Notes: generated by a model from the letters alone, not told the origin. Shown: positions 47,426 through 56,504, counted from the stretch's first letter. The stretch is DNA of 64,000 nt from a virus (IMGVR_UViG_3300020048_000023:96911-160910); one strand, 5' to 3'. A program made the numbers and translations.

Positions 47426-47749
47426 ATGTATAAGACTGAACAAATTGCAGAGATTAAAAGAATAATTGCTGAATGGGGTTGCACCACAGCTTGCGAGCTT
47501 GAACTTGATTCGTCGCCTTGTATTAATTCATTAGGTAATGGTAAGAATAACGTATCACAACTTGTTGAAATGTTTAATTCTGACCACGTAACGGCAGTAA
47601 CCTATCATGATGATAATGAAATCGGTGAGGAAGATATAATCTATGAAGACCTATCGGAAGACATCATAGACGAAATTTACAATCATTTGGAGCAATACGA
47701 CATTGCACAGATTAAACTGTATGGAAGTATTAAAAACGAAAACTTTTAA
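47426..47749 (+). CDS. acidic hypothetical protein
   Basis: 107 aa after promoter 47370. Confidence 0.75.
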   Translation: MYKTEQIAEIKRIIAEWGCTTACELELDSSPCINSLGNGKNNVSQLVEMFNSDHVTAVTYHDDNEIGEEDIIYEDLSEDIIDEIYNHLEQYDIAQIKLYGSIKNENF

Positions 47750-47760
47750 TCAAAAACATT

Positions 47761-47994
47761 ATGGCACTCAGGAAAACTACATTAAAGAAGCTGGAACACG
47801 CAGCAGCAGTCAAAAAGGAAGTTGACACATTATTCGCCGACAATGACGAAATGGGCTCGAACGCTGGCGAAGTAATTAACACTATTTTGTGTGAACATCT
47901 GACGGCAAAGGAATGTAAGGCAATCATATTGAAGGTTGCTACTCGAAATAAAAATACACGGAACGAGATTCTTCACTACTTAAACAACCGCTAA
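47761..47994 (+). CDS. hypothetical protein
   Basis: 77 aa. Confidence 0.7.
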   Translation: MALRKTTLKKLEHAAAVKKEVDTLFADNDEMGSNAGEVINTILCEHLTAKECKAIILKVATRNKNTRNEILHYLNNR

Positions 47995-47995
47995 T

Positions 47996-48289
47996 ATGCC
48001 AATCAAAGATATATCAGAAGCAAACGCACGCCTATTATGTTTCGGTGTAAAGCAAACAGGTTCATTCCTTGAGGCTTACCGATATGTAGAGGAATCACTC
48101 TATATGCACGAAGCCGAGGAACTTCACAAATTCTGTGAATACCTTGATAACGAAGTGGGCGGAGCAAGTATGCACAACATAGTCATATTGTTTCGTGCGT
48201 ATAAGAACCCAAACGACCCGACCTTAAAGGCTTTCGTACAGGGTATCAAAGATCAGATACAGGAAATAAACGATATGCTGCAAAAATAA
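47996..48289 (+). CDS. hypothetical protein
   Basis: 97 aa. Confidence 0.7.
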   Translation: MPIKDISEANARLLCFGVKQTGSFLEAYRYVEESLYMHEAEELHKFCEYLDNEVGGASMHNIVILFRAYKNPNDPTLKAFVQGIKDQIQEINDMLQK

Positions 48290-48357
48290 ATTGTAAATTA
48301 TTTGGTAGGTTCGAAAACTTGTTATATCTTTGCCGAGCAAATTTAAAACAAATCCCT

Positions 48358-48669
48358 ATGAAAAAAGAATCTATCGGACGTTACGGCTTGCTGCGGATGG
48401 CAGCAGCCACACGTATTAAAGAGCGTGAAGAGGCAAAGCAGCCAAAGCCTGTTGTGCCTTTGTTTCCTTACCACTATACGATAATGACTACCGATGATGG
48501 TAGCCGATCGGAAGACAGCCACCAAAAGTATGGCGGAACAGTTCAAGCAGCCGATGACAATGATGCCAAAATTAAGGCACGTGAGGCACTTTCGGAAGAG
48601 TACCCATACCTTACTATCCATTGGGTAGAAGTGTTTAAAAAGATGCCACTTCAACATATGTCAATGTAG
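48358..48669 (+). CDS. hypothetical protein
   Basis: Start corrected. Confidence 0.7.
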   Translation: MKKESIGRYGLLRMAAATRIKEREEAKQPKPVVPLFPYHYTIMTTDDGSRSEDSHQKYGGTVQAADDNDAKIKAREALSEEYPYLTIHWVEVFKKMPLQHMSM

Positions 48670-48675
48670 ATTAGT

Positions 48676-49002
48676 ATGAAAACAGAAGCCGACCTCAAAG
48701 TGTTGGACGTATGTATTGACGTCTACAAAGATGGTATCAATGCCGAGCAGAAGTACCACTTCTCCACACAAGAAAAAATCGAAGAGCATATTGCTAATTT
48801 CGGTTTCAAACTAAAGAGTATCAAATGTTTGTCATATGGTGAATATCGAATCTATGATGATACCGACCCACACGCATACGATACCTATCACGCTGAACTT
48901 GAAGATGGCACACGATTCTGTATCAAACGCAGATACGGCAGACCATTATGGTACGGCAACGTAGCCTATGAGAATTGGTTAGAAGCAACTTTATTAAAAT
49001 AA
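48676..49002 (+). CDS. hypothetical protein
   Basis: 108 aa. Confidence 0.7.
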   Translation: MKTEADLKVLDVCIDVYKDGINAEQKYHFSTQEKIEEHIANFGFKLKSIKCLSYGEYRIYDDTDPHAYDTYHAELEDGTRFCIKRRYGRPLWYGNVAYENWLEATLLK

Positions 49003-49075
49003 ATCATAAATTATTTGGTAGGTTCAGATATTAGCACTATCTTTGCCTACCAAATTCAAATAAATCTATACAAAA

Positions 49076-49258
49076 ATGAACGACAAGGAAATTGAAAAAG
49101 GTTATCACGATGCAGCCAAACTTTTATTTATGGTGATGCATAGCGTAGGCGACTTTCACGCTCTTGGCTTTAACAGAAAAGCTATTGAGGACTTTTGCAA
49201 ACAGTACGTAAAAGATAATAAAGAAAAAATACTTGCCGAAGGTGGCGTAATTGATTAA
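49076..49258 (+). CDS. hypothetical protein
   Basis: 60 aa after promoter 49014. Confidence 0.7.
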   Translation: MNDKEIEKGYHDAAKLLFMVMHSVGDFHALGFNRKAIEDFCKQYVKDNKEKILAEGGVID

Positions 49259-49262
49259 TAAT

Positions 49263-49817
49263 ATGGGAACGAGATCATTTACCCAAATGGCAGAAGCCGC
49301 CTCAATGAACGAGGCTTTCAGAAATCTGCAACGTGCCGCCCGTGAAGAATATGGCAGGGATAGCTACAATGGCGAAATCAATAACTGCGAACTTGAAGGT
49401 GATGTAACACGGCAGTACAATGCAGCCAAGGACAAAAAGAAATTCGTACAGGAAACAATGCATAACCTTGAAAAACGGGTTGCGTATGGTATTACCCTCA
49501 AAGAGCCAAAGGTAAGCACAAACAAAATCAAATCGGTTGTTGAAATTAAGCCAAATAAAGGCGCAAGAGTGTGGGAAACCCGATATGTGGTCTATGACCC
49601 TTGGGATGAATCTGAACGCGCCATAGCCTCTGAAAAGACGCAAGGGGCGGCAATTAAGAAGGCACGTGCCTATACCGAAAAAACACAGAAGCGAACCATT
49701 GTTCAGCTTGAAAAAGTTTTGGTTAAGGGAAGCGCAAGTGTTGGTACTATTTCCTACAAAACTTCAAAGACCGAAACCAAAGGTAAATTCTTATTTATTG
49801 TAGCCGCACCCGAATAA
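49263..49817 (+). CDS. conserved phage protein
   Basis: EAF..L...A..EYG.D.YNG.I ... G.FLF..AAPE. Confidence 0.8.
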   Translation: MGTRSFTQMAEAASMNEAFRNLQRAAREEYGRDSYNGEINNCELEGDVTRQYNAAKDKKKFVQETMHNLEKRVAYGITLKEPKVSTNKIKSVVEIKPNKGARVWETRYVVYDPWDESERAIASEKTQGAAIKKARAYTEKTQKRTIVQLEKVLVKGSASVGTISYKTSKTETKGKFLFIVAAPE

Positions 49818-49872
49818 TAAATTTGGTAGATACAATTATTAGTTGTATATTTGCAACTCAAATTTAAACCAT

Positions 49873-49989
49873 ATGTACCCGACTCAGAAAGAATACCAAA
49901 GGTTAAGACGCAAAGAGCGGCTAAGACGTGATGCAAAGATCGTTATCGTTGCTCTGATTATAGGCTTACTGATAGGGTTACTGATATAA
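49873..49989 (+). CDS. 38-aa basic/TM microprotein
   Basis: MYPTQKEYQRLRRKERLRRDAKIVIVALIIGLLIGLLI, sole ORF after promoter 49822. Confidence 0.65.
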   Translation: MYPTQKEYQRLRRKERLRRDAKIVIVALIIGLLIGLLI

Positions 49990-50013
49990 AAGAAGCCGTT
50001 TTGTGATTGACTC

Positions 50014-50055
50014 GAACCCCCGACAGACCAATGTTTGAAGGGGGTTCACCTTTTT
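50014..50055 (+). terminator. intrinsic terminator
   Basis: GAACCCC...GGGGTTC followed by ACCTTTTT. Confidence 0.65.
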
Positions 50056-50099
50056 ATATGAAAATAATTTATAAAACATTTGGTGGTGTCAAATATTAG

Positions 50100-50177
50100 A
50101 TACGAAAAACCGACATTATGGCTGTACTATCGGGTAAGCAGAAAACGGCAAAAGGATTTATTTTTCGTAGGCAATGA
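50100..50177 (+). pseudogene. NUMOD1 C-terminal relic of a homing endonuclease
   Basis: IRKTDIMAVLSGKQKTAKGFIFRRQ*, similar to the C-terminus of 36280; fused to a promoter lacking its -7 box. Confidence 0.7.
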
Positions 50178-50241
50178 AATAAATTTGGAAAGTTGTAAAA
50201 TAGTTTGTATCTTCGCACCGTCAATCAATAAAACTAAAACT

Positions 50242-50595
50242 ATGATTAATCCAATTATTTTATTGTTAGCTACCATTTTCACCACTATGGCTGGTGTAGG
50301 GGCAACAATCATTGTAACAAAGTCCTATGCGTTTGAGTGGCTTCAACACGCATTTGACCCAGCACATACACACTGGACAAATGGTAATAAACATTTGAAC
50401 CAGTTAGTAAATTGTCCGCTTTGCTGGGGATGGTGGCAAGGGTTTGTATTTCAATTCCTGATTATGCTTTTCTTAGGAATTAATCTGAATTGGCTGTACC
50501 TGTTGCCTATGTTCTTTCAGGGCTGTATAACCAGCGTGTTCTCAATTTTGGCTTACCTGATTTTAGTTAAACTCGGATTAAAGACTGTAAAGTAA
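50242..50595 (+). CDS. DUF1360-like membrane protein
   Basis: LVNCPLCWGWW plus TM segments; start corrected. Confidence 0.7.
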   Translation: MINPIILLLATIFTTMAGVGATIIVTKSYAFEWLQHAFDPAHTHWTNGNKHLNQLVNCPLCWGWWQGFVFQFLIMLFLGINLNWLYLLPMFFQGCITSVFSILAYLILVKLGLKTVK

Positions 50596-50888
50596 TGAAA
50601 AAGAGATTAAACAAACAGATCAGACTGGAAGTCTACGAAAAAATGCTGGTCATTTTTACAGAATTTTATGCACGCCAAGGCTTTTACCCTTGGGGGTATT
50701 GCTGGATGATTCCAGATGTATTGGACTGGCGGGGATATAACGTGGAAATAAGGTACTTCCCTGAACTATACAAACGCAGACCGCCACACAGCGAATGGGT
50801 TGGTGCATTCTGGTTTTACAGGAACGGTGAGGGTACGCTCCAACGTATCAAATTACTCGAAGAAGTAATAGCCGAAATGAAGAAATAA
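50595..50888 (+). CDS. hypothetical protein, paralogue of 54589
   Basis: RLEVY...Y.PEL...RP...FWF...G..QR. Confidence 0.75.
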   Translation: MKKRLNKQIRLEVYEKMLVIFTEFYARQGFYPWGYCWMIPDVLDWRGYNVEIRYFPELYKRRPPHSEWVGAFWFYRNGEGTLQRIKLLEEVIAEMKK

Positions 50889-50962
50889 TAAATTATTTTG
50901 TAATTTATTTGGTAGGTTCAGAATTTAGTTGTATCTTTGCTGAAACTTTAAATCATACGGCA

Positions 50963-51325
50963 ATGAACGGAACTCAATTCAGAATCTACCAGTTTCTTTT
51001 AAACGAAACCAAAGACACTACCAAATGTATGGAAGTGTCGGAAATTGCAAAGCAAATGAATATCAAGCGGCAAACCGTTTATACTCATTTATGCAAACTT
51101 CACAAACACAAACTTATTTTCCGTGGCGATACAGGGCTTGGTGCTAAACCGTTAACTTCGTGGCGGGCTGAACCAAAGGCTTTATACTGTGCCGCTACTG
51201 AACTATGGAACAAAGGCGAACAAATGAAAGCCGTTGACCTTAACATTACCCTGAATGAAGCTGACAAAAGGGGTATATTTACCAAAGCCGAAATGTGTAT
51301 TTTCATACAAAACAATGTGAAATAA
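50963..51325 (+). CDS. winged-HTH DNA-binding protein
   Basis: VSEIAKQMNIKRQTVYTHLCKLHKHKLI. Confidence 0.75.
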   Translation: MNGTQFRIYQFLLNETKDTTKCMEVSEIAKQMNIKRQTVYTHLCKLHKHKLIFRGDTGLGAKPLTSWRAEPKALYCAATELWNKGEQMKAVDLNITLNEADKRGIFTKAEMCIFIQNNVK

Positions 51326-51380
51326 ATTTGGTGGTGTTAAATATTAGTTGTACATTTGTCGAAACTTAAAACACACGGCA

Positions 51381-51995
51381 ATGATTTTCTGTAAAGTAGA
51401 TGAAGCGTTAATCGACATATTGCACAAGGTTGCAAACGGTCGCAGGATAATTGATCTGGGTGCTGGTGAGTGCCTATTTGAATCAATGTATAAAGAAAAG
51501 TACCCTGATGCTGGTATATTATCAGTTGAACTCTACACCGAACATTACGACCACTTCTTTATTCCTCGGTCAAACATTACTCGGTTCTATGCTGAGAAAA
51601 TGCAATTCGATACAAACGACTTGCCTATCTTTATTCGTCCCTGTCATTCAGAGAGTTTCGTACCAGCCTCATTGAAAAATATGGAGAATATGGTTCCCGA
51701 AGCTATATACATATCTAACAAACGTAATATATTGGTGGATATTCCCGAAGAATATACATACGAAACAGTAGGAGATTGGAAGGGTAAAGACGACGGCGAA
51801 CAGATATTCCGTATTCGACTGTATGGCGCTCCCTATGTGGCTACCGAAAAAGATTGGTGGATGGTTAAGCTGGACGGCTGGGCTGCACCTGTAAAATTGG
51901 AACGTATTGAACGCTGGGGCGAATGGCACTTTGTTAATACCAAAGGCGGTGGATTTCCATGCAAGGCTGCTGATTTTGCCGAAAAGATAAAATAA
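51381..51995 (+). CDS. SAM-methyltransferase-like protein
   Basis: IIDLGAGE motif I, ILSVE, FIRPCH. Confidence 0.55.
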   Translation: MIFCKVDEALIDILHKVANGRRIIDLGAGECLFESMYKEKYPDAGILSVELYTEHYDHFFIPRSNITRFYAEKMQFDTNDLPIFIRPCHSESFVPASLKNMENMVPEAIYISNKRNILVDIPEEYTYETVGDWKGKDDGEQIFRIRLYGAPYVATEKDWWMVKLDGWAAPVKLERIERWGEWHFVNTKGGGFPCKAADFAEKIK

Positions 51996-52047
51996 ATTTG
52001 GTAGTGTCAAAAATTAGTTCTATATTTGCGGCTTAAACAATACGGCA

Positions 52048-52698
52048 ATGAAAAAGACAATGAAACTTGTTACACCCGAACCCGAAGAAATTCTAACCAG
52101 CGTTGACTGGCTGGACGAACGTGTTAAATCACGCACTGATCGTGGCTTTGGTGGTTATCCTGATGTTATTACCCCTGATTATGGTATTGGTATCACGTTC
52201 AAAGATGATGAAGGCGTGGAATATACGACCGTTGCCAGCAAAGGTATCAGGCGAATTGATGTGAGTGTTCACACTTACAAAGGCGGTATGTGCTACGGCG
52301 CAATTCACTACTACGCACACGTGGACGTTGGCGAACCCTCTTTATCCTGTATCAGGAACGGCGAACCTTACGTTGGCGGTATCGGTGGCTACTTTGACAG
52401 ATTCAAACCCGCAGAAGTTAAAAGCATTTCAATTGAAGTTGACAGGCTTATAACCGATGAAGAGTTGGAAGGTAACACGGATAAAAATCACCGTTGGTAC
52501 GGCTACGAAAAAGGTAGTTTAACCAATGCCTACGAAGATGAAATCCAGCTGTACAATGATATTGTTTCCTGCATAAAGGCTCGTTTCGCTGGTGAGTGGG
52601 AAGTATGGATTGATGGCTTCGACAATGAAGACCTTTGCACCTGTTACGAAGGACAAAAATCAATACCGTTGGCAGAACTTACTACAAATAATTTGTAA
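52048..52698 (+). CDS. HYY-motif paralogue family protein
   Basis: GAIHYY...EVDRLIT.EE...W.GY.KGS.T.AY. Confidence 0.8.
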   Translation: MKKTMKLVTPEPEEILTSVDWLDERVKSRTDRGFGGYPDVITPDYGIGITFKDDEGVEYTTVASKGIRRIDVSVHTYKGGMCYGAIHYYAHVDVGEPSLSCIRNGEPYVGGIGGYFDRFKPAEVKSISIEVDRLITDEELEGNTDKNHRWYGYEKGSLTNAYEDEIQLYNDIVSCIKARFAGEWEVWIDGFDNEDLCTCYEGQKSIPLAELTTNNL

Positions 52699-52758
52699 TT
52701 TATTTGGTAGAGTCAAAAACTTGTTGTATATTTGCAGCCTAATCTAAAACAAACGGCA

Positions 52759-52950
52759 ATGTTCAAAGTAAAACACAGGAAACACAATGTAGTAACCTTT
52801 GAGGGTACTATGGAATTGGAAGAAGTCCTAAAGCTAAAAGCGATGGACAAGTTAATAAAACACCTGTTATCCTTAAACGAAAATTTCTACCTATTTATAG
52901 GCGTTGAGGGCGCTTGCGGTGAAGAGTGGAACATAACTTACACAGTATAA
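52759..52950 (+). CDS. hypothetical protein
   Basis: 63 aa; ACGGCA-ATG leader. Confidence 0.7.
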   Translation: MFKVKHRKHNVVTFEGTMELEEVLKLKAMDKLIKHLLSLNENFYLFIGVEGACGEEWNITYTV

Positions 52951-53200
52951 GAGAAAAGGCTGCCCCTGTGGTTCTGCCCCTATCCGCGGGGGAGTTACAG
53001 ATTCAGCGCATACCTTCGGGAAGAGCGCACACAGGGGGCGGACAGCCTCTAAGATAAGGACAACCGTTGGCAGGACGGTCTTGGGGTGAGTTTACAGACA
53101 AATCAATCTGTACGCAAGCGATACCTCGGCTGCTAACGATGTACAAATGATGCGCCTCTAAGGGTGGTTTGATACCCAACCGATCGGGCGCATTTGCCGT
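52951..53200 (+). ncRNA. GC-rich multi-domain structured ncRNA candidate
   Basis: Three closed multi-helix domains, cUUCGg and GCAA loops, T-loop-like GGGT-GGTTTGAT-ACCC; no ORF. Confidence 0.7.
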
Positions 53201-53276
53201 TTAATTTATTTTGTAAATTATTTGGTATTGTCAATTATTAGTTCTATATTTGCACCCTAATCTAAAACATACGGCA

Positions 53277-53549
53277 ATGAAATTCTTTCAGATCACAGTA
53301 ACAGAAATCGAGGGTACACCCAATGAAATCCTTGCTAAGGTTTACAGACAAAACAATATGGAACGCGCTGCTTGCTTCGCTGAAAGTGGTGGACTAACAA
53401 TGGAAGAGCGTTTAGGCGAAGGTAAATGTCCTGCGTGCGGTAACACCGAATGGGATGTAAAACCATTTGCCTATAATGACTATATGAACGGTGGCAACGG
53501 CAAACCAAACATTGAATGTCGCAACTGTGGTCACATAACCCACTTATAG
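53277..53549 (+). CDS. Zn-ribbon protein
   Basis: CPACG...CRNCG. Confidence 0.75.
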   Translation: MKFFQITVTEIEGTPNEILAKVYRQNNMERAACFAESGGLTMEERLGEGKCPACGNTEWDVKPFAYNDYMNGGNGKPNIECRNCGHITHL

Positions 53550-53559
53550 ATTAAACAGT

Positions 53560-53856
53560 ATGAATAACAACAGAGAAGAAATTGAGGGATTATACCCTGA
53601 CAGTAAAATGCTATTCGCTGACGGCTTTGACGCTGCCATACTCGGGGTTGATACAAACCCTTGGACTAAAGAAGCTGACGAGGGCGATGATTCCAAAGAG
53701 CGCGTGGTTTATTCCGTGCGAAAGATTATGATCATTCTTATGGACACTATGGAGTATGAAACTGCTCGCGAACACTTTGATTATAATATCAAAGGCGGAT
53801 ATGTAGGAGTGCACACGCCAATCTTTGTGGAAGATGAAGAACTTTTTGAAGATTAA
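53560..53856 (+). CDS. conserved phage protein
   Basis: ADGFDAAILGV...VVYS...A.EHFDYNI.GGYVG..TPIF. Confidence 0.8.
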   Translation: MNNNREEIEGLYPDSKMLFADGFDAAILGVDTNPWTKEADEGDDSKERVVYSVRKIMIILMDTMEYETAREHFDYNIKGGYVGVHTPIFVEDEELFED

Positions 53857-53922
53857 ATTTGGTATTGTCAAAACTTAGTTGTATATTTGCACGGCTAATC
53901 AATCATAAAACAAACAAACGAT

Positions 53923-54249
53923 ATGCCAATCAAAGCACACACCCCCGCAGTAACCGTTAAATTCGGCAGGACTGCCAAAATCGGAGTAATCATAGGAAAG
54001 AACTTGGAATCTCGCAGACCTGTTCTCGTTCTTGCCCCTATACAAAAAGCTGAACGTGGTAAAACATTTAACCCCGATGCCGTACTTAAAGCAGGCGAAA
54101 CAAGAGTTGTTATGGAATTCGTTTCACCGAAAAGCGTTGACGTGGTTATCGCTCAACTCGAAAAACTGAAAGAAATCCTTATCAAAGACTACGCTGCAAA
54201 ATTGGCTGCTGAAATGCACAACCAATTGGATGCGTTTGTCAATGAGTAA
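53923..54249 (+). CDS. hypothetical protein
   Basis: 108 aa after promoter 53858. Confidence 0.75.
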   Translation: MPIKAHTPAVTVKFGRTAKIGVIIGKNLESRRPVLVLAPIQKAERGKTFNPDAVLKAGETRVVMEFVSPKSVDVVIAQLEKLKEILIKDYAAKLAAEMHNQLDAFVNE

Positions 54250-54286
54250 ATAACTGCCGCTCGGCAGGTTACATTGCCGTGTAACG

Positions 54287-54328
54287 AGGGGGTTGTGGTC
54301 GCCAGACTGCACCCCCTTATTTTTTTTT
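54287..54328 (+). terminator. intrinsic terminator preceded by two small hairpins
   Basis: AGGGGG...CCCCCT followed by a T-run. Confidence 0.7.
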
Positions 54329-54392
54329 GTAAATTATTTGGTAGTGTCAAATATTAGTTGTATCTTCGCATTCTAATTTAAAACATACGGCA

Positions 54393-54584
54393 ATGATAAA
54401 GAAAAATTGGATTGTAGTAACCGAATTTAATGAGTGGGTAGGAACCTGCACCAAAATGACTTTTGAAGAAGTCAGGGAAGAACTGAAAGAAATTCGCCAG
54501 TGTTTAATTGACGATGGAAAGCCAGCCGATACCGAACTTATTGTGTACGAAACAGTAGGTGAATCAGTAAGCTATAAATCATAA
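54393..54584 (+). CDS. hypothetical protein
   Basis: 63 aa; ACGGCA-ATG leader. Confidence 0.7.
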   Translation: MIKKNWIVVTEFNEWVGTCTKMTFEEVREELKEIRQCLIDDGKPADTELIVYETVGESVSYKS

Positions 54585-54588
54585 ACCA

Positions 54589-54903
54589 ATGGAAATAGTT
54601 GAACTCACACCCGCACGAAGGCTTGAAATCTACAAGGCTGTGCTAAACTATATCAAAGTGCATACAAATACGGAACACGTGTATAACGATGCTATTTGTA
54701 TTACAATTTACAGGGTAAAGAAGGTGAATGAACCCGAACCCTGCTTCGGTAATATGGAATACTATTACCCTGAATTGGCTGCACACAGACCAGCGCACAT
54801 TGAATCGTGGTGTGATGTATATTGGTTTGGGTTTCACGATTACGGAACGCAACAGCGTGTCAGGATTATGGAAGAAATAATATCAAAAATGGAAGCCGAA
54901 TGA
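54589..54903 (+). CDS. hypothetical protein, paralogue of 50595
   Basis: RLEIY...YYPEL...RP...YWF...G.QQR. Confidence 0.75.
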   Translation: MEIVELTPARRLEIYKAVLNYIKVHTNTEHVYNDAICITIYRVKKVNEPEPCFGNMEYYYPELAAHRPAHIESWCDVYWFGFHDYGTQQRVRIMEEIISKMEAE

Positions 54904-55229
54904 CCCCTGACTATGTAGCACGGCTGGTTGAGCGTAAGTTTAACCAGCTTGATATGAACGACGAAAAAAGCGTCTATCGGTTCAATAAGGCTTGTACTTT
55001 ATTGGAAGAGAATATTCATATTAATTTCTATGAGTTTGAGGAAACCGAACTTGTACGAAAGTGGGCGAAAGACCTATGCGATCATAAGGTGCAATTTGAG
55101 AATTGGTACAGGAATATAGGCTGGGTGTATCAAACAAAGGAATTGGCTGGGCAACACTTCCCAAAAGGCTGGTATTTTCTTACCGCTATCCATTATGTAC
55201 GAATCAGGCTCAAAAGAAATAATTCATAA
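54900..55229 (+). CDS. hypothetical protein
   Basis: Start corrected; C-terminus NNS* is encoded by the repeat. Confidence 0.7.
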   Translation: MTPDYVARLVERKFNQLDMNDEKSVYRFNKACTLLEENIHINFYEFEETELVRKWAKDLCDHKVQFENWYRNIGWVYQTKELAGQHFPKGWYFLTAIHYVRIRLKRNNS

Positions 55230-55287
55230 TTTATTTGGTAGTGTCAAAAACTTGTTGTATCTTTGCTGAAACTTAAAACCTACGGCA

Positions 55288-55713
55288 ATGGCAAAAACTA
55301 TCACATTCGGATTACCTTGCACACCAGCTAAGCTAATCTCACACGAAATAACACAAAATATTGAGCGTGTTTTGCTCAGTTATGGTGGCGGAATCGGTGG
55401 CACAACCCAAACCCTATTCATTAAGGACAGGGAAGACAGCATAACAGGCGAACCCTTCATTGACGTAACCAAAATCAATGGGCAGGCTGATAAACTCAAT
55501 AAGAACTTCATTGTTAAAATAACCCCTGTTAAACTGTACACAGTTGTTACCGACGTTACAGCGCACCGCAACTATCAATCAAAAGTATGCAACTCGGCTA
55601 TTCAGACAGAAGTATTTGTACTTGAAATGGACGAATTTACTGTACATGAATCAGATAAATATCATGGCGATAATTCGGACAGGCGAATTGTGAACGAAAC
55701 TGAAATGAAATAA
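55288..55713 (+). CDS. hypothetical protein
   Basis: 141 aa; ACGGCA-ATG leader. Confidence 0.75.
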   Translation: MAKTITFGLPCTPAKLISHEITQNIERVLLSYGGGIGGTTQTLFIKDREDSITGEPFIDVTKINGQADKLNKNFIVKITPVKLYTVVTDVTAHRNYQSKVCNSAIQTEVFVLEMDEFTVHESDKYHGDNSDRRIVNETEMK

Positions 55714-55721
55714 TTCATAAT

Positions 55722-56405
55722 TTACCGCTTAATTACTCTATTCAGATATGAACACATTGGCTGTAAATTCGTGTAGTGATTAAGCTGAATTAATTCATCC
55801 TCAGACGTGGCGGAAGACGACTTTTTAATATGGTCAATGTCCCAGCCGTAATTTGGGCTTCCATTGTACAGACCTTTGTTATCCCAATTCATCCAAGGTT
55901 CAAACTTTGATTCTATATACAATTTAAACTCTTCTATTGAGCAGCCTAAAATATTTACCGTTCTCTGGCTCTTTTTAAAACCCATACCTCTAAGGGAATC
56001 CCTGATAAGCCCCTGCACTTGTTTTTTTAATTTGAATAATGGGTCATTATTAATTCGTTTCTTATAATAACAATAGACTTGTGCGTTTATCTTTTCTTTA
56101 TTTGCACGATAGGCTGCTTTTCTTTTTGTGCTAATTAATATGGAATTATCGGCTCGATATTTTTTACTATATTCCGTAATGATATTTTTGCGTGAATCAA
56201 AATATGTTTTTCTTTCCAGTTTATGCTGATCGTAGTATTGTTTACTCCGTTCTAATTCTTTATCAATGTTACGTTCTCTATGCAATCTGCCGTATTCATT
56301 AACGCATAGCTTACATTTACCGTTATAACCGTCCTTATTTGTTTTATGTACGGAAAACTCACTGACTGGCTTTTCGATACCGCACGTTTTACATATTTTT
56401 TGCAT
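55722..56405 (-). CDS. HNH-type (endonuclease VII-like) homing endonuclease
   Basis: KICKTC..EK..F...CKLC; ILGCS...IE.KF..WMNWDN; WDIDHI; HYTNLQP. Confidence 0.88.
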   Translation of the reverse strand: MQKICKTCGIEKPVSEFSVHKTNKDGYNGKCKLCVNEYGRLHRERNIDKELERSKQYYDQHKLERKTYFDSRKNIITEYSKKYRADNSILISTKRKAAYRANKEKINAQVYCYYKKRINNDPLFKLKKQVQGLIRDSLRGMGFKKSQRTVNILGCSIEEFKLYIESKFEPWMNWDNKGLYNGSPNYGWDIDHIKKSSSATSEDELIQLNHYTNLQPMCSYLNRVIKR

Positions 56406-56504
56406 ATTCACCTATTTTTATATAAGTATGCAGAAATATTGTAAAAGATTTGGTAAGTTAAAAAACTTGTTGTATATTTGCAGTGAATTTAAAACTATAA
56501 CAAA

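Noticed and set aside
53144-53200. tRNA gene
   Set aside because: Only a T-loop-like arm; no cloverleaf, anticodon arm or D-arm
52951-53200. Hammerhead or other known self-cleaving ribozyme
   Set aside because: No CUGANGA/GAAA core or other consensus I could recognise; needs an Rfam search
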